Shown piece by piece: positions 19,589-29,884 of a stretch of DNA of 64,000 bases. Source of the stretch: an uncultured Pseudomonadales bacterium (GTDB taxonomy: Bacteria > Patescibacteriota > Microgenomatia > UBA1400 > PJMF01); NCBI GenBank assembly GCA_964588685.1, contig CAZPQG010000001.1, positions 6,202 through 70,201 of the forward strand, read 5' to 3'. A program made the translations under genes and the position numbers. Numbering within the stretch: position 1 is the first letter of the stretch; each line of letters opens with the position of its first letter. The notes under the pieces were generated by a model that searched no databases, was not told the origin of the DNA, and saw nothing but the letters and a program-made list of their open reading frames with translations.

Positions 19589-20545
19589 TTATTTCTCTTT
19601 TTTGTTCTTTGTCTTCTTATTTTTATTTTCTTTTTTATTCTTTTTTTTATTGCTTTCTTTATCATTATTATCTTCATTTTCTTGGTCATTTTTTTTGCTG
19701 TCTTCTTTGCCATCATTCTTTTCTTTGTCTTTCATTGGCTGCTGCTCGTCTTTTTCTTCTTTCTCTTTTTTCTCTGTCTCATCTTTTTCACTCTCTTGTG
19801 CCTGATCTATAGTTTTGTCATCAAGGCCTGAGGCTCTCCGGTCTAACTCCAATTCCTCTGTTTGCCCGGTTTTAACAATTTTAACAATAGCATTGCGATG
19901 TCCGGGAATAGGTCCGCTCAGCCAGACTTCATTTTTTTGAGGATCAATGTGAGCCACGATTAAATTGGCTACTGTCACCGTTTCATCCCCCATATGTCCC
20001 GGCATACGTTTACCCGGAAAAACTCGACTCCAATCAGCAGAAGCTCCAATCGAGCCAACTGCCCGGTCGCGATCTCTTTGACCATGAGTTTTGAAGCCGC
20101 CGGACATACCATATCGTTTCATGACACCGGTGAAACCACGCCCTTTTGAAGTACCTTGTACCTTCACTATATCGCCGACTGCTAAAATTTGGTCAGGATT
20201 CAAAGTTTGACCAACTTCAAAAGCCGAATCAGCTTCAGACTTATCATCTTTAAAATCAACTCTAATACCTTTTATTTGCTTAAAACCATTAGAAAAACCG
20301 CTCTCTTTAATAATGGTACGGAGCGGTTTCGGGGTATTTTTTAATTTCTTTTTACCGTAGCCGATTTCAAGAATTAAAGTTGGTTCTTTTTTAAAAGTTG
20401 AAGTTTTTGAAACCTTAGTTAAAATTTTTTGCTTACCTAAAATAACATTTTGATCAACTATGCATTTGGTAATCGCCAATCGCTTGCCTTGTTTGGTCCA
20501 AGCTTGTGACATTGCTCCTTTGGTAGCAAAAATTGTGTCTAACAT
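19589..20545 (-). CDS. rplC: 50S ribosomal protein L3 with ~95-aa K/E/D/N-rich C-terminal extension
   Basis: L3 core (…FKTHGQRDRDRAVGSIGASADWSRVFPGKRMPGHMG…) then ESEKDETEKKEKEEKDEQQ...NKKTKNKKEK. Confidence 0.9.
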   Translation of the reverse strand: MLDTIFATKGAMSQAWTKQGKRLAITKCIVDQNVILGKQKILTKVSKTSTFKKEPTLILEIGYGKKKLKNTPKPLRTIIKESGFSNGFKQIKGIRVDFKDDKSEADSAFEVGQTLNPDQILAVGDIVKVQGTSKGRGFTGVMKRYGMSGGFKTHGQRDRDRAVGSIGASADWSRVFPGKRMPGHMGDETVTVANLIVAHIDPQKNEVWLSGPIPGHRNAIVKIVKTGQTEELELDRRASGLDDKTIDQAQESEKDETEKKEKEEKDEQQPMKDKEKNDGKEDSKKNDQENEDNNDKESNKKKNKKENKNKKTKNKKEK

Positions 20546-20634
20546 ATAAATTATAATGCTGCTTTCTCTTAATCGAATTAAATTGAATTACCACAGTGTA
20601 AATCATTAATTTACTGTAAATAACGATTCTTTCT

Positions 20635-20973
20635 TTACATTTTAACTTGAATATCTACCCCTGCAGGTAGTTCCAAATGCATTAGTGAATCAATTGTTTT
20701 GTTAGTCGGTTCTACAATATCGATCAACCTCTTATGAGTTCTAATCTCATAGCGCTCTTGGGCATCTTTATCAGCGTGAGGAGAAACTAAAACCGTAAAT
20801 TCCTTAATGTGGGTCGGTAAAGGCACAGGTCCTATTACTTTAGCTCCGGTAGATAAAGCCGTCTGTAAAATTTTACGACTGGCCTCATCAATCACTCGAT
20901 GATCATAAGATTTTAATCTCACCCTGATTTTGTCTTGCAACTCCTCATTATTTTGCTTTTTACTCTTTGCCAT
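20635..20973 (-). CDS. rpsJ: 30S ribosomal protein S10
   Basis: ...[20 protein letters not shown]...[16 protein letters not shown]... Confidence 0.93.
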   Translation of the reverse strand: MAKSKKQNNEELQDKIRVRLKSYDHRVIDEASRKILQTALSTGAKVIGPVPLPTHIKEFTVLVSPHADKDAQERYEIRTHKRLIDIVEPTNKTIDSLMHLELPAGVDIQVKM

Positions 20974-21250
20974 ATAATTATTCAGTTGTTAAATATTGAT
21001 AGATTTAAAAATACTTTTTATTATTTTTTGTTCATTGATTTCACCTTAATTTAAGAGTGAAATTTAATAACGACAGGGCGTGATTATAATAAATTTTTTG
21101 CTGTTTGTACAGAGTTGTAAACTATTATTTTAATAATTTGATAATAAATTGTTTATTGATCTTTTAACAGCCTGTTGTTAACAAGCTATTAAACAATAAA
21201 AAAAATAATGGCTGTTCAATATTAATTTCTATTTCAAAACTAAGATTAAG

Positions 21251-21282
21251 ATAAAACAACCCCGCCATCAGACGGGGTTGTT
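21251..21282 (-). terminator. intrinsic terminator downstream of tuf
   Basis: Perfect 10-bp stem aacaaccccg/cggggttgtt with an 8-nt loop, followed on the minus strand by a T-rich run (…TTGTTTTAT), 18 nt after the tuf stop. Confidence 0.7.
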
Positions 21283-21299
21283 ACTTAATTTGCCATTAT

Positions 21300-22496
21300 T
21301 TATTCAATTACTTTAGTAGTGGCACCAGCCCCTACTGTAATCCCGCCTTCTCTGATAGCAAATCTCAAGCCTTTGTTTAAAGCCACCGGAGAAATTAATT
21401 CTACGGTCATCTTGGCATTATCACCGGGCATAACCATTTCTACTCCTTCAGGGAGCTTTATTTCGCCCGTTACATCAGTGGTTCTAATATAAAACTGTGG
21501 TTTGTATCCGCTGAAGAAAGGCTTGTGACGGCCGCCTTCTTCTTTCTTCAATATATAGACCTCTGCTTCAAATTTGGATCTGGCTTTAATGCTTTCAGGC
21601 TCAGCTACTACTTGGCCTCTCTGAACATCTTCCTGCTTAATACCTCTTAATAATAAGCCGACATTGTCCCCGGCCTGTCCTTGATCTAACATCTTTCTGA
21701 ACATTTCTACTCCTGTAACAGTAGTTTCAGTATCATTGTCAAAACCAATAATTGAAACTGTTTCGCCTACTTTAACTATGCCGGATTCGATTCTACCGGT
21801 TACCACTGTGCCTCTGCCTTTAATCGAGAAGACGTCTTCGATCGGCATTAAAAATGATTTATCCAAATCTCGTTCAGGTTCAGGAATATATTCATCAATG
21901 GTCTTAATCAGCTCCATAATTTTTTCCTGCTCAGCCTCATCTCCTTCTAAAGCTTTCAAAGCTGAAACTCTAATAATTGGAGCCTCATCACCGTCATAAC
22001 CGTATTTAGTCAACAGTTCTCTGACTTCCATTTCAACCAAATCTAACAACTCTTTATCTTCAACCATATCAACCTTATTTAAAGCCACAACAATCTTAGG
22101 CACATTTACCTGTTTGGCTAATAAAATGTGCTCACGAGTTTGAGGCATTGAGCCATCAGTTGCGGCCACTACCAGAATAGCGCCATCCATCTGAGCTGCG
22201 CCGGTAATCATATTTTTAATATAGTCTTCGTGGCCCGGTGCATCGATATGAGCATAGTGGCGATCCTCAGTTTCGTATTCGATATGTTTAATATTAATAG
22301 TTATGCCGCGAGCTACCTCTTCCTCGCTGTTTTCAATATCCTCATAATCTAAGGATTGGTTAATGTCACTGGGTACTTTTTCTGACAATACGTGAGTCAT
22401 GGCAGCTGTTAATGTAGTCTTGCCATGATCAACGTGGCCAATAGTACCGATGTTGACATGAGGTTTTGTTCGTTCAAATTTTGATTTGTCTGGCAT
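21300..22496 (-). CDS. tuf: translation elongation factor Tu
   Basis: [13 protein letters not shown]...DAPGH...NKVD G-domain motifs. Confidence 0.95.
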   Translation of the reverse strand: MPDKSKFERTKPHVNIGTIGHVDHGKTTLTAAMTHVLSEKVPSDINQSLDYEDIENSEEEVARGITINIKHIEYETEDRHYAHIDAPGHEDYIKNMITGAAQMDGAILVVAATDGSMPQTREHILLAKQVNVPKIVVALNKVDMVEDKELLDLVEMEVRELLTKYGYDGDEAPIIRVSALKALEGDEAEQEKIMELIKTIDEYIPEPERDLDKSFLMPIEDVFSIKGRGTVVTGRIESGIVKVGETVSIIGFDNDTETTVTGVEMFRKMLDQGQAGDNVGLLLRGIKQEDVQRGQVVAEPESIKARSKFEAEVYILKKEEGGRHKPFFSGYKPQFYIRTTDVTGEIKLPEGVEMVMPGDNAKMTVELISPVALNKGLRFAIREGGITVGAGATTKVIE

Positions 22497-22672
22497 GTTG
22501 ACTCCTTAATTAATTATTAGTTTTTAATGACTGATATTGGCTCAATTATTTATTTTTTTAATTATTTACTTTATTGTAAATCACGTATCTATATATTTTA
22601 ACTCAAACTGCCTTGAAAGAAAAGGAAAAAATAAAATTGTTAAATAATTCTCAATCTTCTTTACTTTTTTAC

Positions 22673-24820
22673 TTATTTTTTTTCTACTTTGCTGTCAGTT
22701 CCTTTCCTTTCCTCAACAATTTCTTTAGTAATTTGACTGGGTACAACATCATAGTGAGAGGGCAGCATCACGCTGCTGGCTCTCCCTTGGGTCATGCTGC
22801 GCAAAATGGTAACGTAGCCCTGCATTTCGGCCAAAGGAACTAAACCGTTGATAATCACAACGTTGCCTCTAGTCTTAGTGCCTTTAATTTCCGCCCGCCG
22901 ACTGCCTAAATCGCCAATTACATCGCCCATGTATTCTTCGGGAGTGGATACTTCAACATTCATGATCGGCTCCAACAAAACAACTTTGTTTTTTGACAAA
23001 GCATTTCTTAAACCTAATGAACCTGCCATTTTAAAAGCAACCTCGCTGGAATCAACTTCATGATAAGAACCATCATATAAAATAACTCTCATATCAGTGA
23101 GGGGATAATCAGCCACATAACCTCTTTCCATAGCTTCCTGCACACCTTTATCAACTGGCGGGATAAATTCTCTAGGAATAGCAGCACCTTTAATTTCATC
23201 AACAAATTCATAACCTGTACCTCGATCTAGTGGTTCAATCTTAAGTAGAGCGTGACCGTATTGTCCACGTCCACCGGATTGTCTAATGTATTTACCTTCA
23301 CCTTCTGAGGTTTCTAAAATTGTTTCACGATAAGCAACTTGAGGGTTGCCGGTATTGGCCTCAACTGAAAATTCTCTTCGCATTCTTTCTACCAGTACTT
23401 CTAAATGTAATTCTCCCATACCGCCGATTAATGTTTGCCCTGTTTCTCGATCAATTTTAATTTCGAACGTTGGATCTTCATTGCTTAATTTATTCAAAGC
23501 CATACCCATTTTTTCCTGATCAGCTTTGGTTTTAGGTTCGATAGCTAAATAAATCACTGGTTCAGCAAAAGCGATTCTTTCTAGAACAATAGGGTTATCT
23601 TGTGTGCACAAAGTATCGCCGGTAGCAGTATTTTTTAATCCGATAATAGCTACAATTTCTCCGGCTCTAGCTTCTTCAATTTCTTCTCTTTGATTAGAGT
23701 GCATCAATAGTAGTCGCCCAATTCGCTCTTTTTCGTTAGAGCTGGAATTATAAATATAACTGCCTGCTGTTAAGACACCAGAATAAACTCGCACATAGGT
23801 TAAAGTGCCGACATGAGGGTCCGTCTGGATTTTAAAAGCCAAGGCACAAAAATCTTCCTCCGGAACCAATTTTCTAACTTCTTCTTCTTCTGTTTCAGGA
23901 TGAATGCCTGTAATCTGTTTAATATCTAAAGGAGAAGGTAAATAATCAACAATGGCATCAAGCAGCACCTGCACGCCGGTATTTTTAAAAGAACTACCGC
24001 ATAAAACGGGCACTAGTGTGTAGTCAATGGTAGCTTTTCTCAAAGCTGCTTTAAGTTCATTGACTGTTATTTCTTCTTCAGATAAGAATTTGTCCATCAA
24101 CTCATCGTCTGTTTCTACTATTGTTTCTACCAGCTTGCTTCTCTTTTCTTCAACAATAGATATATATTGCTCCGGAATTTTTTTAATTTCGGGGTCAACA
24201 TCAGCTGAAGTATCCTCCCAAAACAAAGCTTTTTTTTCCAACAATTGGATTACGCCTTTAAATTTATCTTCAGCACCCATGGGATGGACCAACACGGCTG
24301 GTTTAACCCCAAATTTCTCTTTTATATCTTTTAGAGTCATTTCAAAGTCAGCCCCCAGCTTATCCATTTTGTTAACCCAGCAAAGCCTTGGCACATCGTA
24401 TTTGTCAGCTTGACGCCAAACAGTTTCAGACTGAGATTGGACGCCTTCGCTGGCATCTAACACTGTCACTCCGCCGTCCAACACTCTAAGTGAACGTTCA
24501 ACTTCAGCCGTAAAATCTACATGGCCCGGAGTATCAATAATATTAATCCGATAATCTTTCTTTGGTAAATGAGAATCGAAATATTGCTGCCAAAAAGCAG
24601 TAGTAGCAGCTGATTGAATAGTGATGCCTCTTTCTTGTTCTTGCTCCATCCAATCCATAGTAGCCTCACCAGCATCAACTTCGCCAATCTTATAATTGCG
24701 GCCGGTATAAAAAAGAATTCTTTCAGTAGTAGTTGTTTTGCCGGCATCAATATGCGCAATAATCCCTATGTTTCTTATTCTTTCTAGTGAAACTTGTTTA
24801 TGATGTAAATTGTCAGACAT
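22673..24820 (-). CDS. fusA: translation elongation factor G
   Basis: AHIDAGKTTTTERIL...DTPGHVDF; 715 aa. Confidence 0.95.
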   Translation of the reverse strand: MSDNLHHKQVSLERIRNIGIIAHIDAGKTTTTERILFYTGRNYKIGEVDAGEATMDWMEQEQERGITIQSAATTAFWQQYFDSHLPKKDYRINIIDTPGHVDFTAEVERSLRVLDGGVTVLDASEGVQSQSETVWRQADKYDVPRLCWVNKMDKLGADFEMTLKDIKEKFGVKPAVLVHPMGAEDKFKGVIQLLEKKALFWEDTSADVDPEIKKIPEQYISIVEEKRSKLVETIVETDDELMDKFLSEEEITVNELKAALRKATIDYTLVPVLCGSSFKNTGVQVLLDAIVDYLPSPLDIKQITGIHPETEEEEVRKLVPEEDFCALAFKIQTDPHVGTLTYVRVYSGVLTAGSYIYNSSSNEKERIGRLLLMHSNQREEIEEARAGEIVAIIGLKNTATGDTLCTQDNPIVLERIAFAEPVIYLAIEPKTKADQEKMGMALNKLSNEDPTFEIKIDRETGQTLIGGMGELHLEVLVERMRREFSVEANTGNPQVAYRETILETSEGEGKYIRQSGGRGQYGHALLKIEPLDRGTGYEFVDEIKGAAIPREFIPPVDKGVQEAMERGYVADYPLTDMRVILYDGSYHEVDSSEVAFKMAGSLGLRNALSKNKVVLLEPIMNVEVSTPEEYMGDVIGDLGSRRAEIKGTKTRGNVVIINGLVPLAEMQGYVTILRSMTQGRASSVMLPSHYDVVPSQITKEIVEERKGTDSKVEKK

Positions 24821-24891
24821 AATTAAAATTAAAATTAGTTATAAAAATCAAATCTTATTAAAGTTAGATATAAATACTATTAAAGTAAAAA

Positions 24892-24957
24892 TTCAAAAGT
24901 TAAAAGTGGCTCACAGGATCAGCTATTAATATTAGAGCTCCACTTCTAACTTTTGAA
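24892..24957 (-). promoter_or_regulatory. long imperfect hairpin flanked by T-runs in the rpsG-fusA spacer (candidate attenuator/partial terminator or RNA processing site)
   Basis: 18-bp stem ttcaaaagttaaaagtgg / ccacttctaacttttgaa (one mismatch) with a ~30-nt loop; T-runs on both flanks. Confidence 0.45.
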
Positions 24958-24966
24958 TTTTTTAAA

Positions 24967-25443
24967 TTACCAACTAAAGTGAGCAAAAGCTTTATTGGCT
25001 TCAGCCATGCGGTGAGCATGATTCTTTTTAGCAATAGCTCCTCCCTCTTCTTTTAGAGCATCCAACATTTCTGCTGCCAATTTATTAGCATAAGAACCAT
25101 ACTTAACATTAGAGCGTTTATTAGCTTCAGTTACCATCCAGCGAATGGCCAGGGAAGTGGCTCGCTTGGGCTTAACCGGTACCGGTACTTGATATGAAGC
25201 TCCTCCCACACGTCTAGTTCTAACTTCAACTTTCGGAGAAATTTTAGCAACCAATTCTTTGATTAGCTCAGCAGGCTTTTTGTTAGTCTTTTTAGCTGCT
25301 GCCTGCAAAGCTTGATACACTTGCTTACGGGCAATAGTTTTTTTGCCGTCTCTCATCGAACGATTAATTAGTTTGTTTATTAAGACTGAATCATACTTAT
25401 AATCAGGCTCAATTTCTCTGGTGTAATTTTTCTTAGTACGCAT
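24967..25443 (-). CDS. rpsG: 30S ribosomal protein S7
   Basis: ...KKTIARKQVYQALQ... Confidence 0.93.
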   Translation of the reverse strand: MRTKKNYTREIEPDYKYDSVLINKLINRSMRDGKKTIARKQVYQALQAAAKKTNKKPAELIKELVAKISPKVEVRTRRVGGASYQVPVPVKPKRATSLAIRWMVTEANKRSNVKYGSYANKLAAEMLDALKEEGGAIAKKNHAHRMAEANKAFAHFSW

Positions 25444-25472
25444 AATTGGATTTTATGGCTAAATACTATATA

Positions 25473-25883
25473 TTATGAGGATTTCTTAACTCCATATTTG
25501 CTGCGGCTTGTCTTTCTTCCTTCAACCGGAGCGCAGTCATAAACACCTCTTACAATATGATACTTGACTCCCGGTAAATCTTTAACTCTGCCGCCTCTTA
25601 CTAAAACAATGCTGTGTTCAGCTAAATTGTGGCCTTCACCCGGAATATAAGCTGTTACTTCCACTTGATTAGACAATCTGACTCGAGCCACTTTTCTTAA
25701 AGCAGAGTTTGGTTTTTTAGGAGTCATTGTTTTAACCACTGTACACACCCCCCGTTTTTGAGGGTTGGGGTTCTGAGTAGTTTCGCCGGTAATAGCATTA
25801 TAATCTTTTCTTAAAGCACTGGCTTTAACTCTTTTCTTTTTTTTGGTTCTCCCTTTACGGATTAGTTGATTAATAGTTGGCAT
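25473..25883 (-). CDS. rpsL: 30S ribosomal protein S12
   Basis: [12 protein letters not shown]...[18 protein letters not shown]... Confidence 0.95.
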   Translation of the reverse strand: MPTINQLIRKGRTKKKKRVKASALRKDYNAITGETTQNPNPQKRGVCTVVKTMTPKKPNSALRKVARVRLSNQVEVTAYIPGEGHNLAEHSIVLVRGGRVKDLPGVKYHIVRGVYDCAPVEGRKTSRSKYGVKKSS

Positions 25884-26030
25884 ATTTTCTACTTAAATTA
25901 ATTTGAAACTAATGAATTAATCTTCTTTCTTTGTTTGTTTTTAAATTTAATTTCTTAGTTTCGAATTGTCAATTATATCATATGAAAACATACTTTGCAG
26001 TATGAATTCTTATCTTTATTTATTAACTGC

Positions 26031-29000
26031 TTAGTGATCGAGCCGTGCTCGTTCCGGAGTGGTGGGAATTAACCGCCCAATAATAACATTCTCTTTTAAT
26101 CCTTCTAAGTAATCAATAGCACCATTAATAGAAGCTTTGGTCAAAATTCTCTTAGTATGTTGGAATGAAGCTGCTGACAACCAAGAATCAGTATACAAAG
26201 CACTCTTGGTAATACCAAATAACAACACTTCAGCTACAGCCGGCTCTCCACCGGCAGACATGACATCTTCATTAACATCAATGAAATTGCTTTTAACAAT
26301 TACTTCGCCCGTGATAAAGCTAGTATCACCCGGTTCTTTAATTTTAACCTTATCGCCCATCTTTCTGACTACTGTCTCAAAGTGGCGGTCATTAATGCGA
26401 ATGCCTTGCGACTCATACACAGCCTGCAGCTCAGACACAATATTTAACTGGGCGGCTTTTAAGCCTTTAATTTTTAACAGCTGAGTATTATCAATTGAAC
26501 CCATGGTAATTTTTTGACCGGCATAGACTAAATCGCCATCTTCAATCGATAGTCTATCATTGCTTGAGAGAACATAAGCCTCTACATCATCATCGGTGGT
26601 TGATTTAATCTTAACTATTTGCTCGCCGTCTTTTTCATAAATCTCAGCTTTTCCGGCAATACGAGAAATAATAGCTTTAGACTTAGGAGTTCTGTTTTCA
26701 AACAACTCTTCTACGCGAGGCAATCCCTGCGTCACATCTAAGCCTACAATCCCGGCTGAATGCTTGGTCCGCATCGTTAGCTGTGTGCCCGGTTCACCAA
26801 TTGATTGAGCTGCCACCACACCAACTGGAGTACCAATAGTAACCAGTTTTTTAGTAGAAAAATCACGGCCATAACATTTAGCACACAAGCCTTTTCTAGC
26901 CTCACAAGTAAGAGGTGAGCGCACCTTTATCTTTTCTATTCCAGCTTGTTCAATCTCTCGGGCGATCTTAGGAGTAATCATCTCGTCTTTTTTAAGTAAA
27001 ACTGTACCGTCTTTTTCAACATCTTCCAGAACAATTCGATTTTTAATCTGATTCAGGAAAGACTTTGGACGTTCTTCTCGAGAAATCTCAATGCCGTCAG
27101 TAGTGCCGCAGTCTTCAGTTCGAATAATAACATCATGAGACACATCTACTAAGCGGCGGGTTAAATAACCGGCGTCAGCAGTTTTTAAAGCTGAATCAGT
27201 TAAACCTTTACGAGATCCTCTGGCGGAATTGACATACTCAAAAATTGACAAGCCTTCGCGGAAATTAGATTTAATAGGCATTTCAACAATATTGCCTAGC
27301 GGATCAACCACTAAGCCTCTCATAGCTGCTAATTGTTTAACCTGATCTTTTGAGGCACGAGTGCCGCCGGAATCAATAATAACTTTTACCGCATTATCTT
27401 CTCCATATGATTCCCAGGTTAAATCAGCAACGTCCTGTGTTGTATCCATCCAAATATCAAAGTTGTTTTTCTTTCTTTCTTCATCAGTGATTAAACCTTG
27501 TTGGTAATTTTTGTGCAGGTCTTCAGCTTTCTTATTAGCTTCTTCGATTATTTCATCTTTAGTGTCATTAATTACACAATCAGTCACCCCCACTGAAATT
27601 CCAGACAGAGTAGCTGCTCTAAAACCTAAATCTTTAATTTCATCAATGACTTGCACAATTTCCGTTTCTTCCAACTCTTCAATGGCTTCGGTTACGATTT
27701 CTTTAATTTTCTCTGAATCTACTGTTTCATTAATAAAGGGGATACTTTCCGGTAAAATTTGATTTAATTCTACCCTGCCTAAAGTTGTTCGAATAATTTT
27801 TTGACTCTCAGCCCGTTTAATTCTAATTTTGATTGGCTGATGAAGCTTAATTAACTTATTTTCAAAAGCATGAAATGCTTCATCCTCATTGGCAAAAACA
27901 TGAGGATATTCATCTAATGATTCATCAATTCTTGTATGATAGAACACACCCATAGCCATTTCTTTATTAGGCACAGTAATTGGCTGGCTGTTAGCAGGCT
28001 TTAATAAATTTTTGCTTGCCATCATGTATTCAATTGATTCTTCTTGCGCAGTTTTAGTTAAAGGTAAATGCACGGCCATTTGATCACCGTCAAAATCAGC
28101 GTTATAACCAGGGCAAACACATGGGTGAATTTTAATAGCATTGCCGTCAATTAATTTGGGGTAGAAAGCAAGAATGCCCAGTTTATGTAAAGTCGGAGCA
28201 CGATTGAGTAAAACCGGATGATCTTGAGTTACTTTCTCTAAAGCATCATAGACTTCAGGTTCTTTCATATCAACTAAGTTGCGTGCGCTTTTAACATTGG
28301 GTGCATGTCCCTGCAAAATCAATTCATGAAAAACAAAGGGCTTAAACATTTCTAAAGCCATATCTTTAGGCAGACCACATTCATTTAATCTTAAATCAGG
28401 GCCAACAATAATAACACTTCTGCCTGAATAATCTACTCTTTTACCCAATAAATTTCTGCGGAATCTGCCTTTTTTGCCTTTCAACATATCAGACAATGAT
28501 TTTAAAGGTGTACGGCGATAATTCCGTCTACCGGAAGATTTAGTGTCGATTAAAGCATCGACAGCTTCTTGCAGCATTCTTTTTTCGTTGCGCAAAATTA
28601 TGTTTGGTGCACCCAATTCAATTAAATGCTTTAAACGATTGTTGCGGTTTAACACTCTGCGATACAAATCATTTAAATCTGAAGAGGCAAATCTGCCGCC
28701 TGACAACTGCACCATCGGTCTCAAATCAGGAGGAATAACCGGCAGCATTTTAACGAACATCCATTCCGGATTTATCTTTGCTTTTTTAAAACTTTCAACA
28801 ATTCTTAATCTTTTAATGTAAGCCGCTAATTTAGTTTTACTGTTAGTTTCTTCTATTTTTTTCAGCAAACTGTCTTGCAATGCTTCTAAATCCACTTCCT
28901 GCACTAATTTAAAAATGCTTTCTGCACCCATTCCAACCTCAATAAAATTATCAGCCTGATAGTCAACTAATTTAATATATTGATCTTCTGTTAATACTGC

Positions 29001-29720
29001 TTTTTTAGTTATATCTTCAACCATTGTCTTAATGGTTTCATAAATTTCAGTATTTTGTTCAGTTTGCTCTGTTAAATCTTGCTTGGTTTGAACTATTTCT
29101 TTTTTAGCTTTAATTTCCAATTCTTCTATTTTCATGTCTAAAGTTTCTTTTTTGGAAACTTTTTCTTTTAGATCATCTTTATCATTTTTTAAAGTCGTTT
29201 TAATATTTTCAATTTTCTTTTTTGCCTGCTGTCTCAAATTTTCCTCCGCTTTAATTTGAGTCACGTCTAAATTATCAAGAATATTGGTTCGTTTAGCTTC
29301 GTCTACTGATAAAACTATGTACTGAGAAAAATACATAATAGAACTAAGATCGCGTGGAGAAACTCCTAGCAACCTGGAGATGATTGAGGGAGCACCTCTG
29401 AAATACCAAATATGAGCCACAGGAGCAGCCAGCTCGATATGCCCCATTCTTTCTCTTCTCACTCTGGAATGAGTGACCTCAACTCCACATTTATCGCAAA
29501 TAATCCCCTTGTAACGACGCCTCTTGTATTTACCACAGTGGCATTCGTAATCTTTAACCGGACCAAAAATTTTTTCATCAAATAAACCGTCTTTTTCCGG
29601 TTTAAGAGAACGATAATTAATGGTTTCCGGCTCTTTTACTTCGCCGTAAGACCAGTCTAAAATATCATCAGGCGAAGCAATTTTTATTTGCAAAGCTGAA
29701 AAGTCAATAATATTTTTCAT
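26031..29720 (-). CDS. rpoC: DNA-directed RNA polymerase beta' subunit
   Basis: 1229 aa; zinc-binding CxxC...CxxC, the NADFDGD catalytic motif, and trigger-loop region. Confidence 0.95.
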   Translation of the reverse strand: MKNIIDFSALQIKIASPDDILDWSYGEVKEPETINYRSLKPEKDGLFDEKIFGPVKDYECHCGKYKRRRYKGIICDKCGVEVTHSRVRRERMGHIELAAPVAHIWYFRGAPSIISRLLGVSPRDLSSIMYFSQYIVLSVDEAKRTNILDNLDVTQIKAEENLRQQAKKKIENIKTTLKNDKDDLKEKVSKKETLDMKIEELEIKAKKEIVQTKQDLTEQTEQNTEIYETIKTMVEDITKKAVLTEDQYIKLVDYQADNFIEVGMGAESIFKLVQEVDLEALQDSLLKKIEETNSKTKLAAYIKRLRIVESFKKAKINPEWMFVKMLPVIPPDLRPMVQLSGGRFASSDLNDLYRRVLNRNNRLKHLIELGAPNIILRNEKRMLQEAVDALIDTKSSGRRNYRRTPLKSLSDMLKGKKGRFRRNLLGKRVDYSGRSVIIVGPDLRLNECGLPKDMALEMFKPFVFHELILQGHAPNVKSARNLVDMKEPEVYDALEKVTQDHPVLLNRAPTLHKLGILAFYPKLIDGNAIKIHPCVCPGYNADFDGDQMAVHLPLTKTAQEESIEYMMASKNLLKPANSQPITVPNKEMAMGVFYHTRIDESLDEYPHVFANEDEAFHAFENKLIKLHQPIKIRIKRAESQKIIRTTLGRVELNQILPESIPFINETVDSEKIKEIVTEAIEELEETEIVQVIDEIKDLGFRAATLSGISVGVTDCVINDTKDEIIEEANKKAEDLHKNYQQGLITDEERKKNNFDIWMDTTQDVADLTWESYGEDNAVKVIIDSGGTRASKDQVKQLAAMRGLVVDPLGNIVEMPIKSNFREGLSIFEYVNSARGSRKGLTDSALKTADAGYLTRRLVDVSHDVIIRTEDCGTTDGIEISREERPKSFLNQIKNRIVLEDVEKDGTVLLKKDEMITPKIAREIEQAGIEKIKVRSPLTCEARKGLCAKCYGRDFSTKKLVTIGTPVGVVAAQSIGEPGTQLTMRTKHSAGIVGLDVTQGLPRVEELFENRTPKSKAIISRIAGKAEIYEKDGEQIVKIKSTTDDDVEAYVLSSNDRLSIEDGDLVYAGQKITMGSIDNTQLLKIKGLKAAQLNIVSELQAVYESQGIRINDRHFETVVRKMGDKVKIKEPGDTSFITGEVIVKSNFIDVNEDVMSAGGEPAVAEVLLFGITKSALYTDSWLSAASFQHTKRILTKASINGAIDYLEGLKENVIIGRLIPTTPERARLDH

Positions 29721-29884
29721 AAAAGTAAATTTTTGTTATTTATTTGATATATTTCTTGTTATATTGATTATTTACTTATTGATTAATTGTTGTGTTATTA
29801 AATATTAGTCTTTACTTGCTTGTCTAATTTTTAGTATTCTTGGTTGCTCCTATCTTGGTTACTCTTATAAGCTATTCTTATTAA

